From Geosiphon pyriformis uo1 (Eukaryota > Fungi > Glomeromycota): a stretch of DNA of 64,000 bases. The stretch spans positions 496,001 to 560,000 of the forward strand of contig JAAOMT010000040.1 of NCBI GenBank assembly GCA_016748015.1, given 5' to 3'. This document shows positions 50,642 to 64,000 of this stretch, in pieces. The position numbers were made by a program, and so were the translations under genes. The notes beneath the pieces are model-generated. The model made no database searches. It was not told the origin of the DNA and worked only from the letters and a program-made list of their open reading frames with translations. Within the stretch, counting starts at the first letter, position 1; each line of letters opens with the position of its first letter.

Positions 50642-53600
50642 TCATGCCATTTTCACTTTGGAAAGTTGGCTAATAATCATGGTATTGTGGTAAACACCAA
50701 TCTTAAGTGCTCTATAAACAATTGTATGAATCGGGCAATTGTGATGAAAGAAATTCCTGTGAGAACTTCCATGGAGGCTGTACACGCTGCTGTGTCCGAG
50801 TTTGGATTGATTAAGTTGATCAAGATGCAACTTGTAGGTCTGTGGCAAAAAGCAATCGTCAAATTAGAAGATCAGAATCAGGCTGATCTCTTGGCATCCA
50901 AATGGTTTATCCTCATTGAGAAGGGTGCAGTATGTGTGGCCAGAGCCAATGTTGACAAACAAATGTGAGATTTCAGGAATGAATTCAGAGTGCTGCTATA
51001 CACTCTTCCTGTTGGAACAAATGCTTATGACCTTTGGGATTTCGTTGGTTTGGTTGGTGGAAAAACATGTGTTATTGATTGTGATCCTGTTAACTATGCT
51101 CATGCTTGCTGTGCTACTGTTTGCTTTGGGTCTGAATCTGATATAGTTGGTACAATGGCTGCAACTCCAGTTATAAAAGGGATTGGTCTCCACTGGTCTT
51201 GCCTCTCTTTGGCACTGTGCTCGGTCTGCGGTCTTCCTGGTCATATATCTCTTAATTGTGTTTTGGTTAAAGTTGGTTCAATCTTGAGGGGCAGAAAGAC
51301 ACCTTTTTCTGCTCAGGATCATGTCAGATTGGCAAATATCTATGCTCAAAAGTTCATGCCCATTTCTTGTCCATTGGTCTTCAATGGTAAGACTTGGGCA
51401 TCAGTGATTGGTGCTCTTTTAATACATAGTTCTCATGGTGCTGGTTTGATTCTTGGTTCTAATAAAGTTGGTAAACCTCTCCCTCCTGTTGCGAGTGATT
51501 TGAAAAAGCATTTGGTGAATATTGAAAGCAGTTTTATTAGTCTCATGGGACAAATTAGTGAGTTGGCTAAAAGGTTGGATTCACTTATACTGGCAGTTTT
51601 CTAGTCTAGTCCTGGATGTCAGCTACTGGTGACCCTCCTGTTGCAGAATCAAGAAGAGGATATAGTAATGGGAGTGGGTTTAGGTGATGCCACTGGTGAT
51701 AAAACTGCTGCTGTTCTGAGTTCAACTGTCTTACCTGAGGTTGTGAAATTGGAAAACATGTTAGAAGGTTTTTCTGCTTTGGTTATGAGTCTATCAGCAC
51801 ACTTAGATAGTTTGGCTCTGGCAGGTGGTGTTTCTTTTCTACCTCTTCCTCAATAAGTGGTCTGGTATAGAAAATTGCTACATGTAATGTTTATGAGTTG
51901 AACAATCCTGCGAAGCAAGATGATGTCATTCATTGGCACAAAGATATGAACAATTTGGTTTCTATTTTTACGGAGTCAAAGCTCAAAGGGAAAGTTTGCC
52001 CATGGTTGGCTAACAAATTTGATGGCATTCGGGTTTTTACTTCTGGTCTAGATTCTGGTTCTTTGGGCACTGGGGTGTTAATTGTCATGAATTCTTCTTT
52101 GGCAAAACACGTCTGTAAGGGCTCTGAGGTGCTTGATCGGCTCCTATCCATCAAATTGCTTTTCAAAAATAAACTTTCAGTGTCTATTTTGGGGCTCTAT
52201 GCTGGTGCTTCATCAGTGGTTCAGTTTTTTTAGGCTGGTGAGATCAACTCTCTCATTGCTAAAGCTGTTAATGAGTCTTCTTTTGTTGTTCTTGGTGGTG
52301 ATTTTAATAAGGATGGCTCGCACAAATGTGCCAGTTTCAAAAAATGTTTTGATTTGGGTTTGATTAACTCTCTTGAAGGGAGCTTTTTTGTGAAGTCACC
52401 TACTTAGTGCAATTCTCGTGGTATCACTAAGACACTTGACTATGTATTTGTTTTTTCTAATTTGGTTGGTGCGGTGGTAGATTGTGGTGTGGATGGCATT
52501 GAAGACTATTTTGATACTGATCACAAGGCTGTTTATGTTTCTGTAGGACTGGGTGGCCTGCTAGATGTCAGGTTGAACTCACTGTACAAACAAGCAAATA
52601 GAGATCATTGGAAGTATGACATCAAAAATGCCAGTGAGATTAAGTGGTTAGAATTCAGGAATACTACAGCTGCTAATGCTGTCATGTTCTCGGATGAGTT
52701 TGTTGCAGCTAAGTGGTTTTCTGATCTGGATGCAATGTGGGACATTGTTCATAAGATTATAGTTCTTTCAGCTAGTGAAACATTCAAGAAAAAATGGTTT
52801 AAGGATTTTGATTGTGTTTTTAATAAGATATCTTCCCAGTTTCATAAATTGGAGCTACTTGTGTCTAAACTGGTGAAGACTTCTCAGTTGGTTTCTGGCA
52901 GAAATTTTGCCTTGTTGTTGAATACTTGGAATAGGCTTAATTCTGTGAGCACTTCACCAGTGAAATTTATGTTTCTTTCTAGTGCCAGTTTTGATGCGAT
53001 CCGTTCTGGGCTGGCTAAGGCAAGGAAGTCTTACTGCTCTTCTAAGTTGTTGGAATCTAAGCATGCTGAAAAATCTCATGTAAGGCAGGCTATTGAGAGG
53101 AGAATAGAGAGTTTTGAGGTGAATAAGGGTCACACCATTAGAAGTGTTTTGGAATGTCCTTTTCATAAAGTGGTGTTGGATCATTTGGTGGATGGAAGGG
53201 AGTTGGTCTTGAAGCCTGAGTTGGTTAAATCTAAGGTGGATAAAATCATGGAGGATTGGACTAGGAAACGTGTAGTGGCTTCTAATATCTCTGGTAATTG
53301 AGCAAAACAATTTTGGCCTTTGGATTATGTCTTCGATAGTGCCTTCTCTGATGTAATGCATTCATTCAATTTTAATGAGATGTTTGGTGTTATTTCAAAC
53401 TTGTCTGATGGGAAAGCAGCTGGTCTTTTTGGTATCACTAATAAACTTTGGAAACATTGTGACAAGTCGGTCTTGGACATGCTTTTGGTGCTCTTAAATT
53501 TTTGTTTGGGTTGTGAGTCAGTGCCTGGACCTTGGAGGGAAGCCTGGATCTCAATGATTCCTAAATCTTATGAGTGGAAAGGGGTTCTTACTAATACTCA

Positions 53601-56600
53601 TCCTATTGCTTTAATTGAAACAGCCCGTAAGGTTCTGTCCAAGATTCTGTCAAATAGGATTTCTTTGGCTTGTAGCAAGTTTGACATTTTGCATGGGGAC
53701 AATTTCTTGGTTTTGAAGGATACAACAACACAGTCTCTGATCTTTGTTATTGATTCTGTGATTGAGGATGCCTTGAAGAAAAACCATGAACTATGGTTGG
53801 TTTTGCAGGACATGCGCAAAGCCTATGATTCTGTTGGTTGGGAGCACCTTAGGAAGAGTTTGGTTAGGATCAAGATGTGTGACAGTTTTATTAGGTTCTT
53901 TGGCACCATCCACAATGGTCGCACTAACAGGGTGATGATGGATTTTGGTTTAACAGACAGATATCATGTGCATGATGGCTTAGATCAAGGAGAAGTTTTC
54001 TCATTGTTTTTGTGGTGCATATTTTATGATTTGCTTCTTTGTGAGGTCAAAAGGCAGGAGGCTGTATATGGCTATAGATTAAATTCTTATTTCATTTTCA
54101 AAACTGGCCAGATGGAATCTCAAGCTGGACTGATATCATTTCTGGCTGCTGGTGTTTTTGTTGATGATACAATTTGGGTAGGCAATAGCCAGTCGGCTAC
54201 TCAACACATTCTCAATGTTGCTAGTGATTTCTTCAGAATTAATGACATTTCAATAAATAATAAAAAAACTGTGGCCATCCCTATTAACTGTCAAGTAGCA
54301 AACCCTACTCTTAATATCAGTGGCTTGCCTATCTCTGTTGTCAAAAAGAGGGAACCTCATCGTTATCTGGGAATTTTTCTTTTTTCTAAAGATCTGTCTA
54401 GGCCTAGCTTGATTAGAGCGCATTCGGATGTTTGGTTTTTTACCAATCTTGTCTTGAGAAGAGCAATTTCAGATAAACAATTTGCATATTTGGTGTCAGC
54501 AGTTCTTGTTCTTATTGTCAATTACAGAATTCAGTTCAGTTTTGTCTCTATTAGTATGTGCAACAAATGGGATGCTCTCATTCACAAGGGTTTGAAATCT
54601 AAGTCTGGTCTGCCTCTCAATTTTCCCAATGATGCACTCTATTACCCTTCTTTATATGATTTAAAAACATTCAAACAGATTCAGGCTGAAAGTAAATTAG
54701 CTTCCATTGTTTTTTTTGCAAATTTGGTTGGTGTTTTAGGTCGGTTGTTTTCTCACAGATCCCATAATCTCCAGATTCTCAGCTGGTGCCTATGACATCC
54801 GTTACTATTTCCAACTTGTATTAGAGTCAACTTTTCAAATAATTTTTTGGCTGGTGTGGTCTGCATTTTTTCTGATTTAGATTTGTCTTTGGGCAGTTCA
54901 GTGGCCAGTGCCTTTTGCCTTCAGTCCAGTACTCTTTTGTCTCTTGTGCTTGGTGATAGGACGTTTTTCAAGTGTGTTTCTTTACTCCGTCAGTATGGTG
55001 TTGCATTTGTGGAACAACTTTAAGACCATAATAGTGCCATTCTTGGTTGGTCAGTCTTCAAGCGGTGGAAGAAGTTGGATCCCTGTGGCCTGGTTTTATT
55101 TTGGTATGATACTGCTGTTCACTTTATTACAGATACGATCTTCTTTTCTATTAGTCCGCTGTTCTTGGATGGTAGTGTGCCTCATAATATTCTTCAGTCC
55201 TGTAAGTTTGGTGTGGTCAGTTCCAGTCTGTTGAATGCTAATTCTAATTGTCTTTCTGTGTATACAAATGGTTCTTTGTGTGGGCTGGGAACTCACAATA
55301 TGAAAGCTGGTGCTGCAGTATTTTTTGAGGACATTAATATGGGTTTGGGTGTGAGTGTGTCTGGCTTGGTCTCTTCTACATTGGCCAAATTACAGGCCAT
55401 TGCTTTGGCTCTTGAGTGTGTTCCTTCTCTTAGTCCTGTTGATTTGTTCTCAGACAGTCAGGCTGCTTTAGATGTGTGTGTTTCAGAATCTGTTTTGTTT
55501 CATCTAGATTTCAGGAATCAGTGCTGGATTGAATGCTGCCACATTGTTAACATTATTCATCATAAATAATTGGACATAAGTTGGGTTAAAGTCAAAAGTC
55601 ATTCTGGCATTATGGGCAATGAATGCACTGATAAGTTTGCTAAGGCTGCTGCTTTTTCTGACTTTTGCCTGTCTTTTTTAATCGATGAATGGTTTTTAAA
55701 AGTTGGTGGTACTATGGTCTCTAGTAGTTTTAGACACTTTGTTCATGATGTTTTCTGATCAGTACATTGTGTGGGTTAAGAAATAAGTTCAGACTCTTAG
55801 GTCATATTGAGTAACTTGTATTCAGACATGGATTAGTTCAGATCTTCTTTGGTGTGGCATTCAAATTCTCATTTGGCTGCTGGTTTTACCAGTAAACATA
55901 CTGCCAACTGTCAAACATATTTTATGAAGGTGTTGCATCACTGGCTTCCTGTAGCTGTGCATAAACATTTGTATAATAGGTGCTATCTCAGTGTGATATG
56001 TCTTTATTGTGGTGATGTTGAGGTCTCTGACCATGTGTTTTTTTGCTCATTTGATGCTTCTGTTCACACTCGGTTGGTTGATGTTCATGCATCTGCTTGG
56101 GAGACTCATACTGGTTTTTCTCGTTTTTCTTCGTGTGTCACACAGTTGTTGTCAAATTGTGTTTTTGGTGCTGTGGTTGGCATGACTCTGTGTAAAGGTT
56201 TTGTTTTTAATGATTGGTATCATAAATCAGTTGCTGTTTTTAAGAATTCCAAAGTGGCAGCTCTGACCATTGTGAACTTTGTGTGTAAATTTTGTCTTGC
56301 TTTTTGGGAGGAGGTTTGGCTGGTTTGTGCCAAATACAGATCTCTTATGGAGAAAAATGGTTTAATTTCACATGATGGTTCTCTTTTTCTTCCTGTTATA
56401 GGCCCCTCTAAGTTACTTTCGGCTGGTGTGGTTAAGTTATTAGGTGTCGTTGATGCCTTTAGCATTAGTTTTGGGTTTCGTAAATCTTGTCTGTTTTTTT
56501 CTGGTGTAAGTGATATGGTTTCTGTTTATATAGGTGTTTAGTATTGTTCTGATTGGCTTGAATAACTGATCACGTGTAGAAAATGCATAATTCGCACCTA

Positions 56601-57657
56601 GTTTAAATTATTTGCATGATGTATAGTACTAGGTAGCATTTAGATTTTACTTGTTAAAATAAAAAAAAATAAAAAAAAAAATACATAAACAAAATTTTTT
56701 AAAATTGTAAAAATATTTTTTTAAAACAACAATTTTAATTTTTTAATATTTTTTAATTATTACTATTTTTTTAATTTTTTTAATTTGTATTTGTATTAAT
56801 TATTAAAAAATATATTAAATAAATATTAAAAAATATAAACAATACTTAGAAAATAAATATATATTATATCATTATAAAAAAAAATATTCAAAATTTTATA
56901 TCTTATATAATTTTATATAATATATAATTTTAAATTTTTATTAGTCAATTAAAATATAAAAATATCAAAATTTTACAACTTTAAATAATACATTATTTAT
57001 TAATCAATTAAAACATAAAAATCCAATTTAATTTATATATTAGACTATAATTTTTTTTTATTTTTTAATTATAAAACTTCTTAAGACTTTAAATTATAAA
57101 AATTTGGTTTTCTTTTTATTTTTTTAAGAATATTTCATAACTTTATAAGACTAATATTTGTTTAGAATTAACAAAAAAATTATTAATTAAATTAATAGAT
57201 TATTTTTATTTAGCTAATTCTTTTTGTTATCTTAAATATTGATTTTTTTTGTATAATATAATTAATAAAAGTATTAGAAAATATATATTGTAAATAAAAC
57301 AATAAAAACAAATATAATTGCTTATTATTAAAAATAATAGACATTATATTTAATATTTTAATTATTATAATATTTTAATATATAAAACAAGTTTAAATAA
57401 TAATTAACTTTTTTATTATTATAGATAGAAAAATCTATTATTTTTTGCAAAAAAAATAACTGTTTTTTTATATTATTTAAGTAAGCAATAAAAAATTTTT
57501 TTGCATTTTTTAATGTCAAAAAAGTATTAACATATTTTAATATAATTTTTTAACTATTCTTAAAACACAAATTTATTGGTAAATTTTTATTATATTTTAA
57601 AAATACAATATTAGCAAAAAAAGAATTTTTTTTATTAATATATTATATTATAACTGT

Positions 57658-60600
57658 TGTTACTTATAAAAAAAGAATACAAAAAAAAATAGAAAAAACA
57701 AATCATAAAAATAGACCAATAGAAAAATAGTACTTAGTATATAAACATAATTTTAAGAATATATACATTTACAAAAAATAAGCATATTTTTAAGAATGTG
57801 CACATTTGTAAAAAATGAAAATATTTTTAAAAAATTATAGCATATTGTTTAAAAATGAGCACAGTTTTAGAAAGTAGCATAAAAAAAATAAAAATATGTA
57901 AGATTTTATATAATAAAAATTATATATATATAATAGTAGTATTAAAAATAAAAAAAATATTTAAAAAATATTCAATTTATACTCAACCAAATTCTTAATT
58001 AATTAACAATAAATATTTATAATCTATTTTTTTTTTCAAAAAATAGTTTTCTATACTTTAAAGTAAATTTATTTAAAAATTAAATAAAATTATTGTTTTA
58101 TTATTTAATTTATATTATTCTCTTTATTGAATTAATATTATTATTTTTTGACTTAATTAACAACTTATGCTAATAGTATTTGCTAATTAATTATATTAAA
58201 TCAATAGTTTTAATTATGACTATTAATAGAATACTAATTTTTTACTTTTTTTTTTATTTTTATTTTGTTGTGTATTAAGTACTAATTAAATAAGGAATTA
58301 AGCACTAAAATATTAATATTAAAGATAACTTGGTAAAAAACCCATTAAAAAAAATGAAAACTTAAGAATAGCTTATCAAAAAGACACAACTATCAGATTA
58401 AACTGGCCTCTACATTGAAAAAAAAACTTGGAAAAACAACTACTAAGTGAAGTTTTGTCTATTATACAAAAAACTTAATCAAAACCTTCAAATCCAAAAC
58501 TTTTAAAAACCATTTACAGTATAATTAACTATTAAGTACCAAGTTATAAATTTGTTATTTATTTTAACACCTTAAATAATTACTTGTAATATTTAATACT
58601 TCTTGTAAAATATAATTTAACAAAAAACAAGTACCTAGTATCAATTATTTAAAAAAATAACAGACCAAAAAATAATAAAAGAAAATTAATTAAGATTTGT
58701 AAAATTTTTATTTTAATATTATTAAACTTATTTAGAGTTGACAAATAATTATTGACTAATAAAATTAATCTTTAATTTTTATGTTAATGAAAAAATTATG
58801 TATTATTTAGGAAAACAAAGAGATTTAAATACTATTATTAAAAAATTTTATAATAAGATACTATAACATACCAGTTTTTTACAAAATCATAGTTTTATCC
58901 AATAATTACAAAGATAAATTGTAAAATTAAAAAATATACCAAACAGAAATTTCCTATTATCTTTACTAACAAAAAAAAGGGAAATTACAAATCTCAACAA
59001 AAATCTCAAAAAAAATACAACTGTTTACCTAAAAAAACCAAGAGTTATTTCACTTATTAACTCATTATATTATCACATATCTGGAAGTATTATCAATATA
59101 TCCTTAAAAGTTGTATTATTGTTAATTATAAAAACACTTATAACTCGAGTTTTGTTTTAAAACAATCAGAAAAAATCACAATTATTAAAAACCTATAACA
59201 ATTACTTTAAAAAACTTAAATTATAATTAACAATACTATTAAAATTTTAATTATTACCACCATAATCTAATTTCGAATTCATTAGTAATTGGACAAATAC
59301 TAAGTTAAAAGAAAAAAAAACCAACAATTAAAAAAATAATAGATAAAATCTGATCCCAAATAAACTAGAAATCCAAATTCCAATTGTTTAAACTTAAATA
59401 AACCTGAAAAATTCAAATTTTGCTCTTATTGTTAATAACAACTTACCTTCAATTATCTGAATTAATTCTCTAATTGTACTAATAGTCATTTTTTAACAAT
59501 CATAATTACAATCACAACTACTTATATTAATAGCATATATATTAATTGCCAAATTAGAAAAATTTACTAGTAAAAAAGACAATGCTTAAGCCTAATTAAA
59601 TAATATTCTAAAAGCCATTAAAGCCAATAACTGAAATAATACCAGAGCTTTTTAAGTCATTCTATATTTTTTATAGAATATTGCCAACTTATGATATTAA
59701 AGTTTGATTAATAAGTTTCAAATTTTTAATGCATTCAAACAAAATTTCTTGCAGCATTTTAATAATTATAATAATATTAACTACTTATTAATAAAATTTA
59801 TTACTATTAAACAAAAAAATACTAAAGTAGTAACCACATATTTGAAATACTTTTATTGAAATCTGTGCTAAATACAAGTTATTGATACAGATTACTTTAT
59901 AGCATCACAGATTTTAAATTAATTTATTCATAAATTATATAGTAGTTTGTTGTAATAAATATGTCTATTATATCCAAACACTCTTTAAAACACAGTTATT
60001 TACATCAAAGATTTTGAATTAGCTAAGTTTAAAGCCAATTATGCTTAAGCTATAAACCTAATAATAAATAGATTATTTAAATTAAATACCAAATTAAAGC
60101 AATTTGGTAAAGCAATCAATCAAAAAAATTTTAATTGATTCCAAAATTAATCACATTCTTTATTTTCATTAACTTTATTAACAATCTAATTATAACAACA
60201 AAAAATAGGTATTTGCTACTACTATTATAAACTAAGATACTTAAAAATTAATTATAAAATTAGAATAAATAATTAACAATCAAAAAATTAATATTAAAAC
60301 TCCAATCACCAGTTTCATACTTTAAACTATACCCAAAATTAGAAATTATATTAATAATAGTCTTATTACTTCCAAATAATACAGCCAATATATGTATTTT
60401 CTATCTATTAAGTATTATAGTCTCAAGTAATTTAACAACTATTACAGTTATTAATCTTAACTAATTTAAATATTATTTTAAATTTCAGCTTAAATAAGTC
60501 AAAAGCTAAGAACTATTTACATGCAACAAAATTAGAAATCAATGATAATTATGTATTAATTAATTCTCAACACATTAAATTAATACTTAGAATTATGTCA

Positions 60601-60751
60601 AAAAAATTTGGAAAATAAGTACACCCAAAACCCAAATTTTTAGAGCTATTTAAATTTTTTGGCTATTTTAGAAAGCAGCTTATCTAATAATATAGAAATT
60701 TTACAATTAATTATTAACAATATTTTACCAGTTATAATAACAGAAGACAAG
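57658..60751 (+). mobile_element. Gypsy family A, copy A4: 5' LTR (57658-58591), PBS, gag; cut by LINE-E just before the protease
   Basis: Starts TGTTACTTAT. LTR end tgtaata is followed by a mutated PBS tttaatacttcttgtaaa. Capsid IAKLEKFTSKKDNA at ~59545; knuckle remnant ICYY at ~60211; ends at ITEDK. Confidence 0.78.
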
Positions 60752-63700
60752 TAAGATACAACATATATGTATTATAAGCTAAATATAATTCACATACTTG
60801 TTACAAGTAATTAGTTATTTGAACCAATTAAGCCAATATTATATATTTACTAAAACTTTTATATTACTATTCAAACTGAAACAGAACAAATAATACAAAT
60901 ATAACCTAAAAACACACTTTTATTTTCCTCTATACTTAGCAATAAAACAGTTTTGTCAATAAATTTTCTCATACTACTATCTATGCAAAATATTACACAA
61001 TTATTTAACATCAACAAACCATTTCTAATAAGAACAGTTATGTGTTCAGATCTGCAATATTACACTTTAAACTTGTAAACAGACACCAGATTTCTTACAA
61101 AAGAAATTACATATGCTTTAACTTAGCCAAAATTACCAAAAACCAACTTAGTCTTCTTAAACCAACCTTTAAACATAAAACTTTTAACCAAAGATGCATA
61201 CTGGTTAGTATTAATTGAACAAAATTCTAGATCTTAAAGAATCTCAAAAAATAAAATATTAATTTTAATCAAAAATGCTTATTGTTTATGAAACTTTATA
61301 AGTATTTTTTCATAACAGCTCTTATTCAAAACATATCTGAAAACATAATTAGACATTTTTATTTTACTATAAAACACATATAATATACTAGAATATAATA
61401 TATTGTACAAATGCTTCTTGATTGTAATTGACAAATATCTGTGCAAAGTTTTTATTATGTAGGTGTACAAGCCAGTTGTTGATTTGTTAATAAACTTGGA
61501 AGCCATATAAGCATTAGAATGTTATATTTTAACCATTTTTTTTCAATTAATTTCCCAAATATTTAACTCTTTTAACACACCAAAACCAGATCTATTTTCT
61601 TATTTGGCTTAATACAAAACTCTGTAGTAATCTTTTACAAAATATCTAATATTGCAAAAAAGCATCATATTAGTCAATCAAATAAATAACTTGTAAACCA
61701 TAGCTGAGAAAATCTTATCAGAAAAACAGAACTCGGAAACAAGCTTATTAGTATATTTATTACTTGTATTGTCAACATAACTTTTAACCTTAACCCAAAA
61801 AACTAACAAACTTTTTTCTCTAATAATATTGACCATATATTATTGTTTTATCCAAAAACAGTTCTTAAAATTAAGCACAACCATATTTAATTTACTTATA
61901 TAAGCACTTAGAGTCATCTGGCTATCCAAATAAATGACCACATTACTTCTTATAAAAGCACAAGTAAGTATAAAAGAAACAGCTTTGATTTTAGACAAGT
62001 AGAAAACATAATGCTATATATACTAATCTTAAATCCAAGATCAACATTAAAAAAGTAAACAGTAATACTTCCAGTAATTAAAAATAAACCAAAATTCTTA
62101 ACAGAATTATCTGTATAGACATTAAAGCTAATTAAACCAGAACTTATTAACTTATCTTTGGTATGTAAGACCAACTCAAAATTACCAATATCAAAAAAGC
62201 AGTTAGTATTTAACTAAGACCCAATGTAAACAAAATTCATTCTGTTATCCAAAAATTGAATTGATAATTTAAACTACTTAAAAACTAGACCTCTTAGATC
62301 TAATTACTTCTAATATCTAAAACACTTTTAGTCAAAGCAACCACCTTTTTTATCCAGTAATTGTTCTATAAAAACTACTTCAAATTATTTTAAAAATTGA
62401 ACTACTTTAAAAAAACCTGTATTTTTAAAAATAAAAGACATAAGTATCTTTCCAAAAAGCCAAAAAGCATTGAACAAAGCAGCAGAAAAAACAAATAACA
62501 AAAAAAAAATTTTTTACAATTTCAGCTAAAAAATTATTCTTCAAATTATTGTTTAATTTTACAGAATAAAGCAGCAGATACATTAGCATCCAACTAGAAA
62601 TCTGCAAATTCAGACAATAATGTTTAAAAAGCTGTTCCAAGATTCCAGACATATTTACAAAGTTCAACACAAAAAACATTTTTTTTTAGTCTACACTTAT
62701 TTAAAATTTTTTAATCTATACAAAAATAAATAGTGTAATACATTAATAGAAAATCACAAGATAGATTAGTTTTAAGCTTCAAGCTTTTTTTAACCAATAT
62801 ATTTTATCTAAAACAAACACTCTTAAGAACAAAGCTAAATTGCACTTTGTATTCAACAATAAGTTGCAGAACTGTTAAGACCAAATAGCAAAATTGTTTA
62901 TTAAAAATTGCTTTATGAAGCACTATATTTAAAAAAAACTTAATATTTAATTGTATTTTAACTAAACTAGGCTTTAAAAATCTTTTTATTAAAAAATATA
63001 TACCCAAATAACAATAAGATTCACTTTTTTTAGCTTTAATAATTAGTAAACTATTAATAAGCAGAAATGTTTTTTTTACTTTCTAATTAATAAAAATAGC
63101 CATAGTTTTATTATTATTTATAGAAATGTTATTAATATTAAAAAATTCATCTGCTATATTCAAAATATACTGAGTTGTAGTCTGACTACTGTTTATCTAA
63201 ATTATATTATCTATAAAAACTTTAGCAGCAAAATAAAAGAATATTTCAGTCTATGTTTTTATTTAACCTGACTTAGCCACAAATTTGAAATCTATTTTAT
63301 ACCTACACAAGTGCTTATGCTGCTTAACTTCATACAAAAGAAGATCATAAAAAATTCTTCAAAGTAGAGGAGAGAATACTTTATTTTATTTCAGTCTATT
63401 ATGTATAATATAGCTATTAAAAAGCCTAAAATTTGTTATTACTTAATTAATTTGTTCATTGTAAATATTTTCAAAAAATTTTATGAAATGTGAACACATT
63501 TTAATCTTAACCAAACTGTTTTACAAATGCTGTTAGCCAACAAAATCATAAGTTTTGCACATATTCTGCAAAACTAGCCACAACTCTTTGTTCTTTTCCA
63601 AAGCATTTTTTACAACAAACCCAATAATAAAAATTGAAAATTAAGTCAATGTGTTTTTCAAAACTGAGAAATTATATCCATGTAAAACATTAAACTTATT

Positions 63701-64000
63701 GCAAGCCAAAAATATCTAGTCAGAAAAAATTTTGGACAAAATCTTCTTAGCAGTCTCAATTATTATAATAAATTTAGTGTTTATCAAAATTTCATCTCAA
63801 TTATAAGGTTTCAGAATCATAGACATTCAAGGCCATTTCCAAGATATAAAAACCAATTCAGAAATCAAACACAAATCTAAAATATTCAAAAGACAATTTA
63901 ATACTTTATTATCACTATTTTTCTAAAGCTTATTTGGAATGTTAAATAGTTAAATTGCTTTGTTATTTGGTAAATCTTTTATTATTTGAATCATTTTTTT
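60752..64000 (-). mobile_element. Degenerate LINE (LINE-E): RT, RNase H, 3' UTR; continues beyond the window
   Basis: ORFs 62804-63007 (KPSLVK...KQFCYLV...QFSFV) and 61950-62174 (VYTDNSVK). VLQNMQNYDFV near 63560. 3' UTR homology at 60755-60845. Confidence 0.85.

Larger units (their letters stand above)
39816..56681 (+). mobile_element. Full-length LINE (LINE-B) interrupted in ORF1 by gypsy A3: ORF1 39953-40519 plus 50646-51856; ORF2 51853-56541; poly(A) to ~56681
   Basis: CSVCGLPGHISLNC knuckle; APE (KIATCNV, GDFN, LDYVF, DTDH); RT (LQDMRKAYDSV, DQGEVFS, FVDDT); RNase H (YTNGSL, SDSQAA, VKSHSGIMGNE); CLYCGDVEVSDHVFFC. All ORF2 pieces share one frame. Confidence 0.93.

Noticed and set aside
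56545-56600. ctgat...gaaa in the LINE 3' UTR as a hammerhead ribozyme
   Set aside because: The CUGANGA core and stems I/III are not present. A simple hairpin explains the pattern.

Overview
Eukaryotic fungal genomic DNA with short GT-AG introns. The gene and transposon families suggest a Glomeromycotina fungus, possibly Geosiphon-like (inference, not verified). There are two host genes, each in a CpG-containing island: a 12-exon Munc13/MHD-C2 protein gene (862-6602, +) and RAD52 (37999-36063, -), which has a second exon the ORF track misses. Almost everything else is nested retroelements in graded states of decay: one full-length 10.1-kb Ty3/gypsy (40520-50641, -) inserted into ORF1 of a full-length LINE, four more fragments of the same gypsy family, two solo LTRs of a second family, five LINE copies in total, a Tc1/mariner-type transposase relic, and near-pure AT deserts. 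Two signals stand out. (1) The repeats, but not the genes, carry a transition-only C>T/G>A hypermutation. By hand, the two 848-bp LTRs differ at about 83 sites, all but one of them transitions, with no indels, and the bias is toward CpG and 5'-TC/CC rather than the CpA of Neurospora RIP. (2) The gypsy family has an unusual architecture: one Gag-PR-(Cys-rich domain)-dUTPase-(dUTPase-like)-RT-RNaseH frame, a separately initiated integrase ORF, and an extra ~210-230-codon reading frame before the polypurine tract (PPT). All counts are manual and should be recomputed.
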